Shown here piece after piece: positions 1-7,739 of a DNA stretch of 10,768 bases. The notes under the pieces are model-generated. The model was not told the DNA's origin, did not search any database, and worked only from the letters and a program-made list of their open reading frames with translations. The stretch's first letter is position 1. The number at the start of each line of letters is the position of its first letter. Source of the DNA: a virus (lineage: Duplodnaviria > Heunggongvirae > Uroviricota > Caudoviricetes); IMG/VR virus record IMGVR_UViG_2671180279_000005; one strand, given 5' to 3'. A program made the position numbers and the translations under genes.

Positions 1-276
1 GTGGCTTCTGTTTCTATCAGCTGTCCCTCCTGTTCAGCTACTGACGGGGTGGTGCGTAACGGCAAAAGCACTGCCGGACATCAGCGCTATCTCTGCTCTC
101 ACTGCCGTAAAACATGGCAACTACAGTTCACTTACACCGCCTCTCAGCCCGGTACGCACCAGAAAATCATTGATATGGCCATGAATGGCGTTGGATGCCG
201 GGCAACCGCCCGCATTATGGGCGTTGGCCTCAACACGATTTTCCGCCATTTAAAAAACTCAGGCCGCAGTCGGTAA
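1..276 (+). CDS. insA: IS1 InsA (transposition inhibitor / N-terminal part of transposase), GTG start
   Basis: 91-aa [43 protein letters not shown]... with a C4 zinc-finger-like CxxC...CxxC and HTH region characteristic of IS1 InsA. Confidence 0.9.
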   Translation: MASVSISCPSCSATDGVVRNGKSTAGHQRYLCSHCRKTWQLQFTYTASQPGTHQKIIDMAMNGVGCRATARIMGVGLNTIFRHLKNSGRSR

Positions 277-698
277 CCTCGCGCATACAGCCGGGCAGTG
301 ACGTCATCGTCTGCGCGGAAATGGACGAACAGTGGGGATACGTCGGTGCTAAATCGCGCCAGCGCTGGCTGTTTTACGCGTATGACAGGATACGGAGGAC
401 AGTTGTGGCGCACGTTTTCGGTGAACGCACTCTGGCCACACTGGAGCGTCTTCTGAGCCTGCTGTCGGCCTTTGACGTGGTGATATGGATGACGGATGGC
501 TGGCCGCTGTATGAATCCCGCCTGAAGGGAAAGCTGCACGTAATCAGCAAGCGTTACACTCAGCGCATTGAGCGACATAATCTGAATCTGAGACAACATC
601 TGGCAAGGCTGGGACGGAAGTCACTGTCGTTCTCAAAATCGGTGGAGCTGCATGACAAAGTCATCGGGCATTATCTGAACATAAAACACTATCAGTAA
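195..698 (+). CDS. insB: IS1 InsB reading frame; expressed as InsAB' transposase by programmed -1 frameshift at the A6C motif (252-258)
   Basis: 167-aa frame overlapping the insA 3' end in the -1 frame; slippery AAAAAAC at 252-258; sequence ...[21 protein letters not shown]... typical of IS1 InsB. The M at 195 is an ORF-track start, not necessarily an independent initiation site. Confidence 0.85.
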   Translation: MPGNRPHYGRWPQHDFPPFKKLRPQSVTSRIQPGSDVIVCAEMDEQWGYVGAKSRQRWLFYAYDRIRRTVVAHVFGERTLATLERLLSLLSAFDVVIWMTDGWPLYESRLKGKLHVISKRYTQRIERHNLNLRQHLARLGRKSLSFSKSVELHDKVIGHYLNIKHYQ

Positions 699-713
699 GT
701 TGGAGTCATTACC

Positions 714-820
714 GCCGATTCGTAGAACTGTTTCTGCTGAGTGTCGCTGAGACAGGAAAAGAGCGACGTTACGATGATTTTATTAATTGCATTATCAAGT
801 TCTTTTTCATCAAAAGTCAT
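714..820 (-). pseudogene. 5' fragment of an ORF truncated by the IS1 insertion (36 native codons, then the frame runs into the IS1 terminal IR and stops at about 692)
   Basis: ATG at 820-818 (minus) preceded by AAGGAAAA Shine-Dalgarno 5-6 nt upstream; open frame MTFDEKELDNAINKIIVTSLFSCLSDTQQKQFYESA reads directly into the IS1 end at 713. Product not recognised. Confidence 0.3.
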
Positions 821-1120
821 TTGATTTTCCTTTTATGTATACGGGCTTAAAAGGATACCACCGAGCCTGAAGTGGTGAAAAGACAGGCACATAACAGCTA
901 AGTATTTTCAACCAAAGAGAATCCTTAGCGTTGTGGTGAATGCGGCTCAGCGCACGCGGGTTAAGGTTGAGGCTGACAGTCGACCTTCTGTGGATACCCA
1001 CCCGTCTGGTGTGCAACCTTCGCCAGGCACCGGGAGGCACCCGGCACCACAACTTTATGCTGTGTGTAGTCCTGGCGGTACCAGTTTGTACCATTGCTTC
1101 CGGCTGATACCGTCCTTTTT

Positions 1121-1209
1121 ACAAAACAGAGAAGAGCATCACCGGACGACGGGCTCATAACCCAATCCATCCGGGCGGCAGTCACCGCAGGTGTTCTTCT
1201 CTGTTTTGT
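1121..1209. repeat. 15-bp perfect inverted repeat (1121-1135 ACAAAACAGAGAAGA / 1195-1209 TCTTCTCTGTTTTGT) flanking a 59-nt GC-rich spacer; potential long stem-loop, function unknown
   Basis: Directly read from sequence; inner extension CACC (1140-1143) / GGTG (1190-1193) after one mismatch. Lies 49 bp upstream of the yfdP-like start codon in an otherwise non-coding GC-rich stretch (about 930-1210). Confidence 0.75.
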
Positions 1210-1257
1210 GGAGAAACTAACCGACCTTGCAGGGTCGATATGATGAGGAGCAGCAAA

Positions 1258-1620
1258 ATGGCTAGCGAACGCAGTACTGATGTGCAGGCATTTATCGGGG
1301 AGCTGGACGGCGGCGTATTTGAAACCAAAATCGGCGCAGTTCTCAGTGAAGTCGCTTCCGGTGTGATGAACACGAAAACCAAAGGTAAGGTCTCGCTCAA
1401 CCTGGAAATCGAACCGTTTGATGAGAACCGAGTGAAAATCAAACACAAACTCTCATATGTTCGCCCGACTAACCGCGGGAAAATTTCCGAAGAAGACACC
1501 ACCGAAACGCCGATGTATGTCAATCGCGGTGGTCGCCTGACTATTCTGCAGGAAGACCAGGGACAGTTACTGACTCTTGCCGGTGAACCTGACGGAAAAC
1601 TCCGCGCAGCAGGTCGTTAA
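1258..1620 (+). CDS. yfdP: Prophage protein of unknown function, YfdP-like (120 aa)
   Basis: ATG at 1258 with GAGGAG Shine-Dalgarno 8 nt upstream (the ORF-track start at 1240 lacks an RBS); 120 aa; first gene of a P-Q-R-S-T series whose sizes (120/274/178/120/101 aa) and order match the E. coli CPS-53 (KpLE1) yfdP-yfdT genes as I recall them. Symbol assigned from that operon context, not from sequence-level recognition. Confidence 0.6.
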   Translation: MASERSTDVQAFIGELDGGVFETKIGAVLSEVASGVMNTKTKGKVSLNLEIEPFDENRVKIKHKLSYVRPTNRGKISEEDTTETPMYVNRGGRLTILQEDQGQLLTLAGEPDGKLRAAGR

Positions 1621-1685
1621 TATCGTTTTTAATTAACTGATTATTTATCTCATCACTGAATATCTTTATATAGTGAGGACTTATT

Positions 1686-2510
1686 ATGTCTCAGAACTTA
1701 GACGCAACCGCAATTAATCAAATCCATGCCCTTATTTCTGCTCAGGGTGTTAATGAAATTATCAGTAAGATTGGTGCCGATGCTGTGGCATTGCCTGAGA
1801 ATTTCCGCATTCATGATCTGGAAAAATTTAATTTAAATCGCTTCCGTTTCCGTGGTGCGCTTTCCACTGCCAGCATCGATGACTTTACCCGTTATTCTAA
1901 AGATCTTGCAGATGAAGGCACCCGCTGCTTTATCGATGCTGATAATATGCGTGCCGTCAGTGTGCTTAACCTGGGTACTATTGATGAACCAGGTCACGCA
2001 GATAACACCGCCACACTCAAACTGAAAAAGACAGCACCGTTCTCTGCTCTGTTGTCTGTTAACGGCGAGCGTAACTCCCAGAAGTCACTGGCAGAATGGA
2101 TTGAAGACTGGGCCGACTATCTTGTGGGCTTTGATGCTAATGGTGACGCTATTCAGGCAACAAAAGCGGCTGCGGCTGTCCGTAAAATCACGATTGAAGC
2201 AAACCAGACCGCTGATTTTGAAGATAATGACTTCAGCGGCAAACGCTCCCTGATGGAGTCTGTCGAAGCGAAGACCAAAGACATTATGCCAGTGGCATTT
2301 GAATTTAAATGCGTTCCGTTTGAAGGTCTGAAAGAACGTCCGTTTAAATTACGCCTCAGTATTATCACTGGCGATCGTCCTGTACTGGTTCTACGCATTA
2401 TTCAGCTGGAGGCGGTGCAGGAAGAAATGGCTAACGAATTTCGTGATCTGCTTGTTGAGAAATTCAAGGACAGCAAAGTAGAAACCTTTATTGGTACTTT
2501 CACCGCCTGA
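1686..2510 (+). CDS. yfdQ: Prophage protein YfdQ-like (DUF2303 family), 274 aa
   Basis: ATG at 1686 with GAGGA Shine-Dalgarno 7 nt upstream; 274-aa ORF; size and operon position match yfdQ. Followed by an intrinsic terminator. Confidence 0.65.
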   Translation: MSQNLDATAINQIHALISAQGVNEIISKIGADAVALPENFRIHDLEKFNLNRFRFRGALSTASIDDFTRYSKDLADEGTRCFIDADNMRAVSVLNLGTIDEPGHADNTATLKLKKTAPFSALLSVNGERNSQKSLAEWIEDWADYLVGFDANGDAIQATKAAAAVRKITIEANQTADFEDNDFSGKRSLMESVEAKTKDIMPVAFEFKCVPFEGLKERPFKLRLSIITGDRPVLVLRIIQLEAVQEEMANEFRDLLVEKFKDSKVETFIGTFTA

Positions 2511-2524
2511 TTTCATTACTGCAA

Positions 2525-2546
2525 ATGCCCCTGCGGGGGCATTTAT
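2525..2546 (+). terminator. Rho-independent terminator after the yfdQ-like gene: 7-bp GC-rich stem ATGCCCC / GGGGCAT, 4-nt loop TGCG, then TTTAT
   Basis: aaATGCCCCtgcgGGGGCATtta at 2523-2545, 15 nt after the stop codon at 2508-2510. Confidence 0.6.
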
Positions 2547-2637
2547 GGAAACGTAATTTACTCAATAATCGCCGGATGGTGAGGGATTCTTTTTACCAGA
2601 ATTCAGCGCGGTGCAGCGCATATACGTGGAGAACAAA

Positions 2638-3174
2638 ATGTCATTTATTAAAACTTTTTCCGGGAAGCATTTTTATTATGACAGGATAAATAAAGACGAC
2701 ATCGATATTAACGATATCGCGGTTTCCCTTTCAAATATCTGTCGCTTTGCCGGTCATCTTTCGCACTTCTACAGCGTCGCCCAACATGCGGTTCTTTGCA
2801 GCCAGCTGGTGCCGCAGGAATTTGCTTTTGAAGCGTTAATGCATGATGCAACAGAAGCGTATTGCCAGGACATTCCCGCACCACTGAAACGCCTTCTTCC
2901 TGACTATAAACAAATGGAAGAAAAAATAGACGCCGTAATCCGTGAGAAATACGGGTTACCCCCAGTTATGAGTACGCCCGTGAAATATGCCGATCTCATC
3001 ATGCTGGCAACCGAACGCCGCGATCTCGGGCTTGATGATGGCTCTTTCTGGCCTGTACTGGAAGGTATCCCGGCAACAGAGATGTTCAACGTGATTCCAC
3101 TGGCTCCGGGCCATGCCTACGGGATGTTTATGGAACGCTTTAACGAGTTATCGGAGTTACGCAAATGCGCATGA
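2638..3174 (+). CDS. yfdR: HD-domain phosphohydrolase (5'-deoxynucleotidase-like), YfdR-like, 178 aa
   Basis: ATG at 2638 preceded by GGAGAA Shine-Dalgarno (preferred over the ORF-track ATG at 2611); HD-domain signature residues in ...SVAQHAVLC... and ...LMHDATEAY...; 178 aa, the size of YfdR. Confidence 0.7.
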   Translation: MSFIKTFSGKHFYYDRINKDDIDINDIAVSLSNICRFAGHLSHFYSVAQHAVLCSQLVPQEFAFEALMHDATEAYCQDIPAPLKRLLPDYKQMEEKIDAVIREKYGLPPVMSTPVKYADLIMLATERRDLGLDDGSFWPVLEGIPATEMFNVIPLAPGHAYGMFMERFNELSELRKCA

Positions 3175-3527
3175 ATGTTTTCGAAATGGAAGGGTTTCTT
3201 CGTGGGAGATGTGTACCGCGAGATCTGAAAGTAAATGAAACAGATGCTGAATACCTAGTGCGTAAATTCGATGCGCTTGAAGCTAAATGTGCAGCACAGG
3301 AAAACAAAGTAATACCAGTGTCAACTGAACTGCCACCAGCAAATGAAAGTGTTTTGTTATTCGATGCTAACGGAGAAGGCTGGCTAATTGGCTGGCGTTC
3401 TCTCTGGTACACCTGGGGACAAAAAGAAACCGGAGAATGGCAGTGGACATTTCAGGTCGGGGACCTTGAAAACGTCAATATCACTCTCTGGGCAGTAATG
3501 CCAAAAGCACCGGAGGCTGGAGCATAA
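3165..3527 (+). CDS. yfdS: Prophage protein YfdS-like (DUF551-like), 120 aa
   Basis: Start ATG at 3165 (or in-frame ATG 3171 forming an ATGA overlap with the yfdR stop at 3172-3174); 120 aa; translationally coupled within the operon. Confidence 0.6.
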   Translation: MRMNVFEMEGFLRGRCVPRDLKVNETDAEYLVRKFDALEAKCAAQENKVIPVSTELPPANESVLLFDANGEGWLIGWRSLWYTWGQKETGEWQWTFQVGDLENVNITLWAVMPKAPEAGA

Positions 3528-3832
3528 TGACCACTTTTACCGACAAAGAACTGATTAAAGAAATTAAAGAGCGTATCAGCAGCCTTGACGTGCGAGACGA
3601 TATTGAGCGCCGTGCTTATGAAATCGCACTCCTATCTCTGGAAGTAGAACCAGATGAACGCGAAGCTTATGAATTATTCATGGAAAAGCGTTTCGGTGAC
3701 TTAGTAGATCGTCGGAGAGCAAAAAACGGCGATAACGAATACATGGCATGGGATATGACTCTCGGTTGGATCGTCTGGCAGCAACGAGCTGGTATCCATT
3801 TTTCAACAATGTCACAGCAAGAGGTGAAATAA
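3527..3832 (+). CDS. yfdT: Prophage protein YfdT-like, 101 aa
   Basis: TAATG overlap with the upstream stop (3525-3527); GGAGG Shine-Dalgarno upstream; 101 aa. Confidence 0.6.
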   Translation: MTTFTDKELIKEIKERISSLDVRDDIERRAYEIALLSLEVEPDEREAYELFMEKRFGDLVDRRRAKNGDNEYMAWDMTLGWIVWQQRAGIHFSTMSQQEVK

Positions 3833-4182
3833 TGGAGCCATACAGCCTCACACTCGATGAGGCCTGTCATTTTCTCAAGATATCCAGACCGACTGCCATT
3901 AACTGGATACGCACAGGGCGTCTTCAGGCAACACGCAAAGATCCCACTAAGAATAAATCTCCTTACCTCACAACACGACAAGCCTGCATTGCGGCTCTTC
4001 AGTCTCCGCTGCATACTGTCCAGGTGAGCGCGGGTGATGGCATAACAGAGGAAAGAAAATGTCACTCTTCCGCAGAGGTGAAATATGGTACGCCAGTTTC
4101 ACATTGCCGAACGGTAAAAGATTTAAACAGTCTCTTGGAACAAAGGACAAAAGGCAGGCGACAGAACTCCATGACAAGCTAA
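3832..4182 (+). CDS. xis: Excisionase / recombination directionality factor-like HTH protein (Xis); the 3' end as drawn overlaps int by 124 nt in another frame, so the true C-terminus is uncertain
   Basis: ATG at 3832 in a TAATG overlap with the yfdT stop, GAGGTG Shine-Dalgarno; N-terminal segment [28 protein letters not shown] resembles the winged-HTH of AlpA/Xis-type excisionases; located immediately upstream of the integrase gene as in lambdoid phages. Confidence 0.55.
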   Translation: MEPYSLTLDEACHFLKISRPTAINWIRTGRLQATRKDPTKNKSPYLTTRQACIAALQSPLHTVQVSAGDGITEERKCHSSAEVKYGTPVSHCRTVKDLNSLLEQRTKGRRQNSMTS

Positions 4183-5222
4183 AGGCTGAAGCATGGCGGG
4201 TCAGCAAACTTGGTGAAATACCTGATATAACGTTCGAGGAAGCGTGTGTCAGGTGGCTTGAAGAGAAAGCACATAAAAAATCACTGGACGATGATAAAAG
4301 CCGGATCGGATTCTGGCTTCAACATTTCGCAGGAATGCAACTAAGAGACATTACTGAATCAAAAATTTATTCAGCAATGCAGAAAATGACGAACCGGCGT
4401 CATGAGGAAAACTGGAAACTCAGGGCAGAAGCATGCAGAAAAAAAGGGAAACCTGTTCCAGAATACACGCCAAAACCAGCGTCCGTTGCAACGAAGGCTA
4501 CGCATCTTTCATTTATAAAGGCCCTACTAAGAGCCGCAGAGCGTGAATGGAAAATGCTGGATAAGGCACCAATTATTAAAGTGCCCCAACCAAAGAATAA
4601 ACGGATCCGCTGGCTGGAGCCCCATGAAGCACAAAGGCTGATTGATGAATGTCCGGAGCCATTAAAGTCTGTTGTTGAATTTGCACTGGCAACAGGCCTA
4701 AGACGCTCGAACATCATCAACCTTGAATGGCAACAAATAGATATGCAGCGCCGGGTGGCATGGATAAACCCGGAAGAGAGTAAATCAAACCGCGCAATTG
4801 GCGTTGCGCTGAATGATACTGCATGTCGCGTATTGAAAAAACAAATCGGGAATCATCACCGTTGGGTATTTGTGTACAAGGAAAGCTGTACCAAACCAGA
4901 CGGAACGAAAGCGCCAACAGTCAGGAAGATGCGGTATGACGCAAACACAGCCTGGAAAGCGGCGCTGAGACGGGCTGGTATTGATGATTTCAGATTTCAC
5001 GACTTGAGACACACCTGGGCAAGTTGGCTGGTTCAAGCCGGAGTCCCGTTGTCAGTGTTACAGGAAATGGGAGGCTGGGAGTCTATCGAAATGGTTCGTC
5101 GATATGCTCACCTTGCACCTAATCACCTTACCGAACACGCACGGCAAATAGACTCGATCCTGAACCCATCGGTCCCAAATTTGTCCCAGTCAAAAAATAA
5201 GGAAGGTACTAATGATGTGTAA
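4059..5222 (+). CDS. int: Lambdoid-prophage tyrosine integrase (DLP12 IntD / phage 21-type), 387 aa
   Basis: N-terminus [28 protein letters not shown] typical of this integrase family; C-terminal catalytic region with [10 protein letters not shown] and MVRRYAHL (Tyr nucleophile); stop at 5220-5222, 15 bp from the tRNA-derived att core. Confidence 0.9.
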   Translation: MSLFRRGEIWYASFTLPNGKRFKQSLGTKDKRQATELHDKLKAEAWRVSKLGEIPDITFEEACVRWLEEKAHKKSLDDDKSRIGFWLQHFAGMQLRDITESKIYSAMQKMTNRRHEENWKLRAEACRKKGKPVPEYTPKPASVATKATHLSFIKALLRAAEREWKMLDKAPIIKVPQPKNKRIRWLEPHEAQRLIDECPEPLKSVVEFALATGLRRSNIINLEWQQIDMQRRVAWINPEESKSNRAIGVALNDTACRVLKKQIGNHHRWVFVYKESCTKPDGTKAPTVRKMRYDANTAWKAALRRAGIDDFRFHDLRHTWASWLVQAGVPLSVLQEMGGWESIEMVRRYAHLAPNHLTEHARQIDSILNPSVPNLSQSKNKEGTNDV

Positions 5223-5236
5223 CTTATTGATTTAAA

Positions 5237-5282
5237 TGGTGCCGATAATAGGAGTCGAACCTACGACCTTCGCATTACGAAT
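5237..5282 (-). other. 46-nt copy of the 3' end of tRNA-Thr(CGU) (thrW-type), anticodon loop through CCA; interpreted as a phage/island attachment-site core (att junction), not a functional tRNA gene
   Basis: Minus-strand sequence ATTCGTAATGCGAAGGTCGTAGGTTCGACTCCTATTATCGGCACCA matches the anticodon-loop-to-CCA portion of E. coli tRNA-Thr (thrW) as I recall it; the upstream minus-strand sequence (GGAAAGTGATATTTTTGG) does not continue into the D-arm or acceptor stem. Confidence 0.75.
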
Positions 5283-5377
5283 CCAAAAATATCACTTTCC
5301 ACAATGTTTCATCGACTTCCATTTCATCACATAAAAACAATATATATCAATAAATTAAGACAAAAACACCTTTCACG

Positions 5378-5406
5378 TTGTTTCATGCCATTTCGCCTTA
5401 TACAAT
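5378..5406 (+). promoter_or_regulatory. Putative sigma70 promoter for the P4-type integrase: -35 TTGTTT (5378-5383), 17-bp spacer, -10 TACAAT (5401-5406)
   Basis: Hexamer match and spacing only; 40 bp upstream of the int start codon; overlaps repeated motifs (see findings). Confidence 0.3.
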
Positions 5407-5446
5407 GCTAAACAAGTACGCCAAAAAGTACGCGGGATGAGAAAAA

Positions 5447-6769
5447 ATGGCAACAGTGATAACTCAGGATCGACAGATAGCAAGCCTTGTTCCCCCTGTA
5501 GGAAAAAACCGGATTGTCGTCAGCGTCAAATCAAAAGCAGGTGCGGGGTTGTATATCGAATCCCGATCAGGGAGCCAAACAAAGAGTTGGCTCTACCGTC
5601 CCTACCTCAACGGCAAGCAGATAAAAATTACCCTGGGAGCTTATCCTGCAATGACGCTGGCCCAGGCTCGTGAAGCACATGCTGAAGCCATTGAGTTAGT
5701 GAAGCAGGGAATTGACCCCAGATACGTTCGTAAAACTGAAAAATCGAATAATGAGCAGATGCCCATATTTTCTGAATTGTGGGAAAACTGGTTGTCATTC
5801 AGAGAAACCAGCAAGCCAATAGGGGCTCGTACACTGGCTGATTATAAGGGAACGTATCGTCGCCATCTTGAGCAGGGGCTAGGCTCCGTGAGAGTGTGCG
5901 ATTTATCGCGTTCATATTTGTTTGCACACCTGAGCAAAGTCCGACAATCCAGCGCTGAAGGTGTGCGCAAAGGGCTTATCATCCTGAATATGACACTTGA
6001 CCATGCCACACTTCAGGGATTAATCGAGCTCAACCCTGCCCGTCTGTTAAAACCGGCGATGTTTGGTGCTTCCATGGCTAAACCGCGTGAGCGCTGGTTA
6101 TCGCAGGATGAGCTTCAACGGCTCTGGAAAACACTAGAAGAAGCTACTGCTGGTGGCGGTTCAGTTAGCACCGGTGGAAAAGGTATCGCTTCCAGTGTCG
6201 TTTTATCCCATGCGATAGCTAACACACTGAAGCTGATTATTCTGACCGGCGTTCGCCGCTCTGAAGCGGTTAAAATGCGCTGGGATCAAATCAACGGCGA
6301 TCGCTGGACAATACCGGAAACAAAGAATGGTAAAAGTCATGTAGTAACACTGCATCCGCTGGCACTGTCTATCCTGAAGAAACAGCGAATTATCTCCGAA
6401 GGCGCATTTGTCTTTGAGTCCACCAGCAACCAGGGATTCCCTATAACCGGAGACGCTGTCACACGAGCACTGGAGCGCCTGCGTAAAAAATATCTGGCAG
6501 AGCTGGAGCCATTTTCTCCCCATGATTTACGCCGCAGTGTCGCTACTGGTTGCGCTGAATATCTGGATGCCCCGGAGCGCCTGATTGAGCGATTGTTAAA
6601 CCACATTCCTAAAGACCGCCTGATCAGAACCTATCAGGTCGGGCAGCAGGCGGAAAAATTGCGTAGTTTGTTTTTGAGCTGGGGGGATTTTGTGGAGCGG
6701 TATGTAGCGCAGTCTGCCAGCCATGAGGTGACGGATAATGTTGTTCAGGTTAAGTTTGGCGGCAGATAA
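5447..6769 (+). CDS. P4-type tyrosine integrase (DUF4102-like N-terminal arm-binding domain plus phage-integrase catalytic domain), 440 aa
   Basis: N-terminal pattern ...GAGLYIESRSGSQTKSWLYRPYLNGKQIKITLGAYPAMTLAQAREAHAEAIELVKQGIDP typical of P4/CP4-type integrases; C-terminal HDLRRS...RLIRTYQ region consistent with the catalytic R-H-R-Y tetrad. Confidence 0.85.
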   Translation: MATVITQDRQIASLVPPVGKNRIVVSVKSKAGAGLYIESRSGSQTKSWLYRPYLNGKQIKITLGAYPAMTLAQAREAHAEAIELVKQGIDPRYVRKTEKSNNEQMPIFSELWENWLSFRETSKPIGARTLADYKGTYRRHLEQGLGSVRVCDLSRSYLFAHLSKVRQSSAEGVRKGLIILNMTLDHATLQGLIELNPARLLKPAMFGASMAKPRERWLSQDELQRLWKTLEEATAGGGSVSTGGKGIASSVVLSHAIANTLKLIILTGVRRSEAVKMRWDQINGDRWTIPETKNGKSHVVTLHPLALSILKKQRIISEGAFVFESTSNQGFPITGDAVTRALERLRKKYLAELEPFSPHDLRRSVATGCAEYLDAPERLIERLLNHIPKDRLIRTYQVGQQAEKLRSLFLSWGDFVERYVAQSASHEVTDNVVQVKFGGR

Positions 6770-6886
6770 CGTAATACTCGCTCTGATGGCGTTCAATGAA
6801 CAAAAAACTCTCATATCAGTCGGTCAACTCGATACTAATAGTGGGTATCAGCGATAGATTTCATGGTAAGAGTAAATGGGTAAATT

Positions 6887-6912
6887 AAAAGCAGTTACAG
6901 TGTACTGCTTTT
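6887..6912. terminator. Bidirectional intrinsic terminator between convergent genes: 9-bp stem AAAAGCAGT / ACTGCTTTT, 8-nt loop, A-run on one side and T-run on the other
   Basis: aaattAAAAGCAGTtacagtgtACTGCTTTTaattcatttt at 6882-6922; sits directly after the stop (6923-6921) of the minus-strand operon and about 120 bp after the plus-strand integrase stop. Confidence 0.6.
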
Positions 6913-6920
6913 AATTCATT

Positions 6921-7739
6921 TTACGGTTTACTTTGCTCGCTAATTTCCTGCAACTTCCAAAGTAAAGCCAACACGAGCCGAGGAGCACCTTTATATCCCT
7001 CGTAACCTTCATGTTCTGAGACAGAGCTCATCGCATCAAGTAGCCTGTAAGCTGGGCCATTTACATCAAATAACTGGTCCCCAATCCTTTTAACATCAAT
7101 AGTTACCAACCTACCACCGTCTTGCATCACCTGTGAAATTTCATGGAGAGCATCCGTCCAGTATGGTTGTCTCCCCCACCACTCGCCACGAGATTGACCA
7201 GCCTTCGTTATGGGAAGAGGAAAATGGGGATTACTTTGCGAAATGACGGATTTATTACCAATCCAATTGAAATTATCCTGACCTTCAACCCAGACTGGCA
7301 AAGTTGTTAAATTTTCCGGGAGCCCTTCCATCTCCTCCCAGCAAACGGTTGGGACCATGTCACCTTGCTCAAGAAAACCAATGAGTTCAGATAACCAACC
7401 AGCATACCCCCAGTCACGTCCCTTGCCAGTAAGGGCAATATCCGGAAAACGGGTGATAAATTTCTCTGCCAGGGTGCGAGCATCATTACCGTCAGTATCT
7501 GTCCAACTGAAATAGTGACCCGCACCAGTGATAGCGACTAAGGAGTCGGAAAGCTTGTCGGTCGGAATCGCAATACCATTGTCGGCAAAATAATCTCGCG
7601 GGGCGATTGCGAATCTGAACCCCTGTGCATTGAAGTAAGACATACCCCGCAGTTGTTGGTAGCCAAGACGATGTAGCTCTGAAAGCATCCGCAGGCATCG
7701 TTGCGCTTTACGTACCCATTCAAATTTCGACTTCATCAT
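6921..7739 (-). CDS. Hypothetical protein, about 272 aa, Trp-rich, no recognisable domain; second gene of a helicase operon
   Basis: Open frame on minus strand; preferred start ATG 7739-7737 (or 7736-7734) preceded by GCAGGAGAG Shine-Dalgarno and forming an ATGA overlap with the helicase stop codon TGA (7738-7736); the ORF-track start at 7763 would give 280 aa with a 28-nt overlap. No Walker A, HNH, Toprim or other catalytic signature detected by eye. Confidence 0.7.
   Translation of the reverse strand: MMKSKFEWVRKAQRCLRMLSELHRLGYQQLRGMSYFNAQGFRFAIAPRDYFADNGIAIPTDKLSDSLVAITGAGHYFSWTDTDGNDARTLAEKFITRFPDIALTGKGRDWGYAGWLSELIGFLEQGDMVPTVCWEEMEGLPENLTTLPVWVEGQDNFNWIGNKSVISQSNPHFPLPITKAGQSRGEWWGRQPYWTDALHEISQVMQDGGRLVTIDVKRIGDQLFDVNGPAYRLLDAMSSVSEHEGYEGYKGAPRLVLALLWKLQEISEQSKP

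Larger units (their letters stand above)
1..713 (+). mobile_element. IS1 insertion sequence, partial: the window starts at the insA start codon, so the left IR and about 50 bp are outside the window; right terminal inverted repeat ends at 713
   Basis: InsA and InsB reading frames in the canonical overlapping arrangement; A6C slippery motif AAAAAAC at 252-258; sequence ...TATCAGTAAGTTGGAGTCATTACC ending at 713 is the reverse complement of the IS1 terminal IR (GGTAATGACTCCAACTTA...). Recognition is from memory of IS1, not a search. Confidence 0.9.

Noticed and set aside
144-599. 151-aa minus-strand ORF inside IS1
   Set aside because: Antisense to the well-established insA/insB frames; a known spurious ORF within IS1.
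933-1160. 75-aa plus-strand ORF (and 810-1094 minus ORF) in the GC-rich segment
   Set aside because: No ribosome-binding site, Pro/Arg/Gly-rich low-complexity translation typical of GC-rich non-coding DNA; region is better explained as structured non-coding sequence.
1121-1209. Retron msr/msd-like element suggested by the long inverted repeat
   Set aside because: No reverse transcriptase gene downstream; the next gene is the yfdP-like prophage gene.
961-1523. Minus-strand ORFs 961-1446 and 1182-1523
   Set aside because: Antisense to the yfdP-like gene, which has a strong RBS and fits the operon; no independent support.
2153-2398. 81-aa minus-strand ORF within the yfdQ-like gene
   Set aside because: Fully antisense inside a longer, better-supported CDS.
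3667-4207. Minus-strand ORFs 3667-4065 and 3968-4207
   Set aside because: Antisense to the coupled yfdT/xis/int genes; Cys/Arg-rich translations with no RBS.
4400-5036. Minus-strand ORFs inside the lambdoid integrase gene
   Set aside because: Antisense shadow ORFs within a confidently identified integrase CDS.
5237-5282. Possible intact tRNA-Thr gene
   Set aside because: Only the anticodon-loop-to-CCA 46 nt match; upstream sequence does not form the D-arm or acceptor stem, so this is an att-core remnant rather than a tRNA gene.
5437-5673. 78-aa plus-strand ORF overlapping the P4-type integrase start
   Set aside because: Alternate frame of the integrase gene; low-complexity Arg/Cys/Ser-rich translation.
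6203-6814. Minus-strand ORFs 6203-6523, 6337-6606 and 6596-6814
   Set aside because: Antisense within or overlapping the P4-type integrase CDS and its 3' flank; no RBS.
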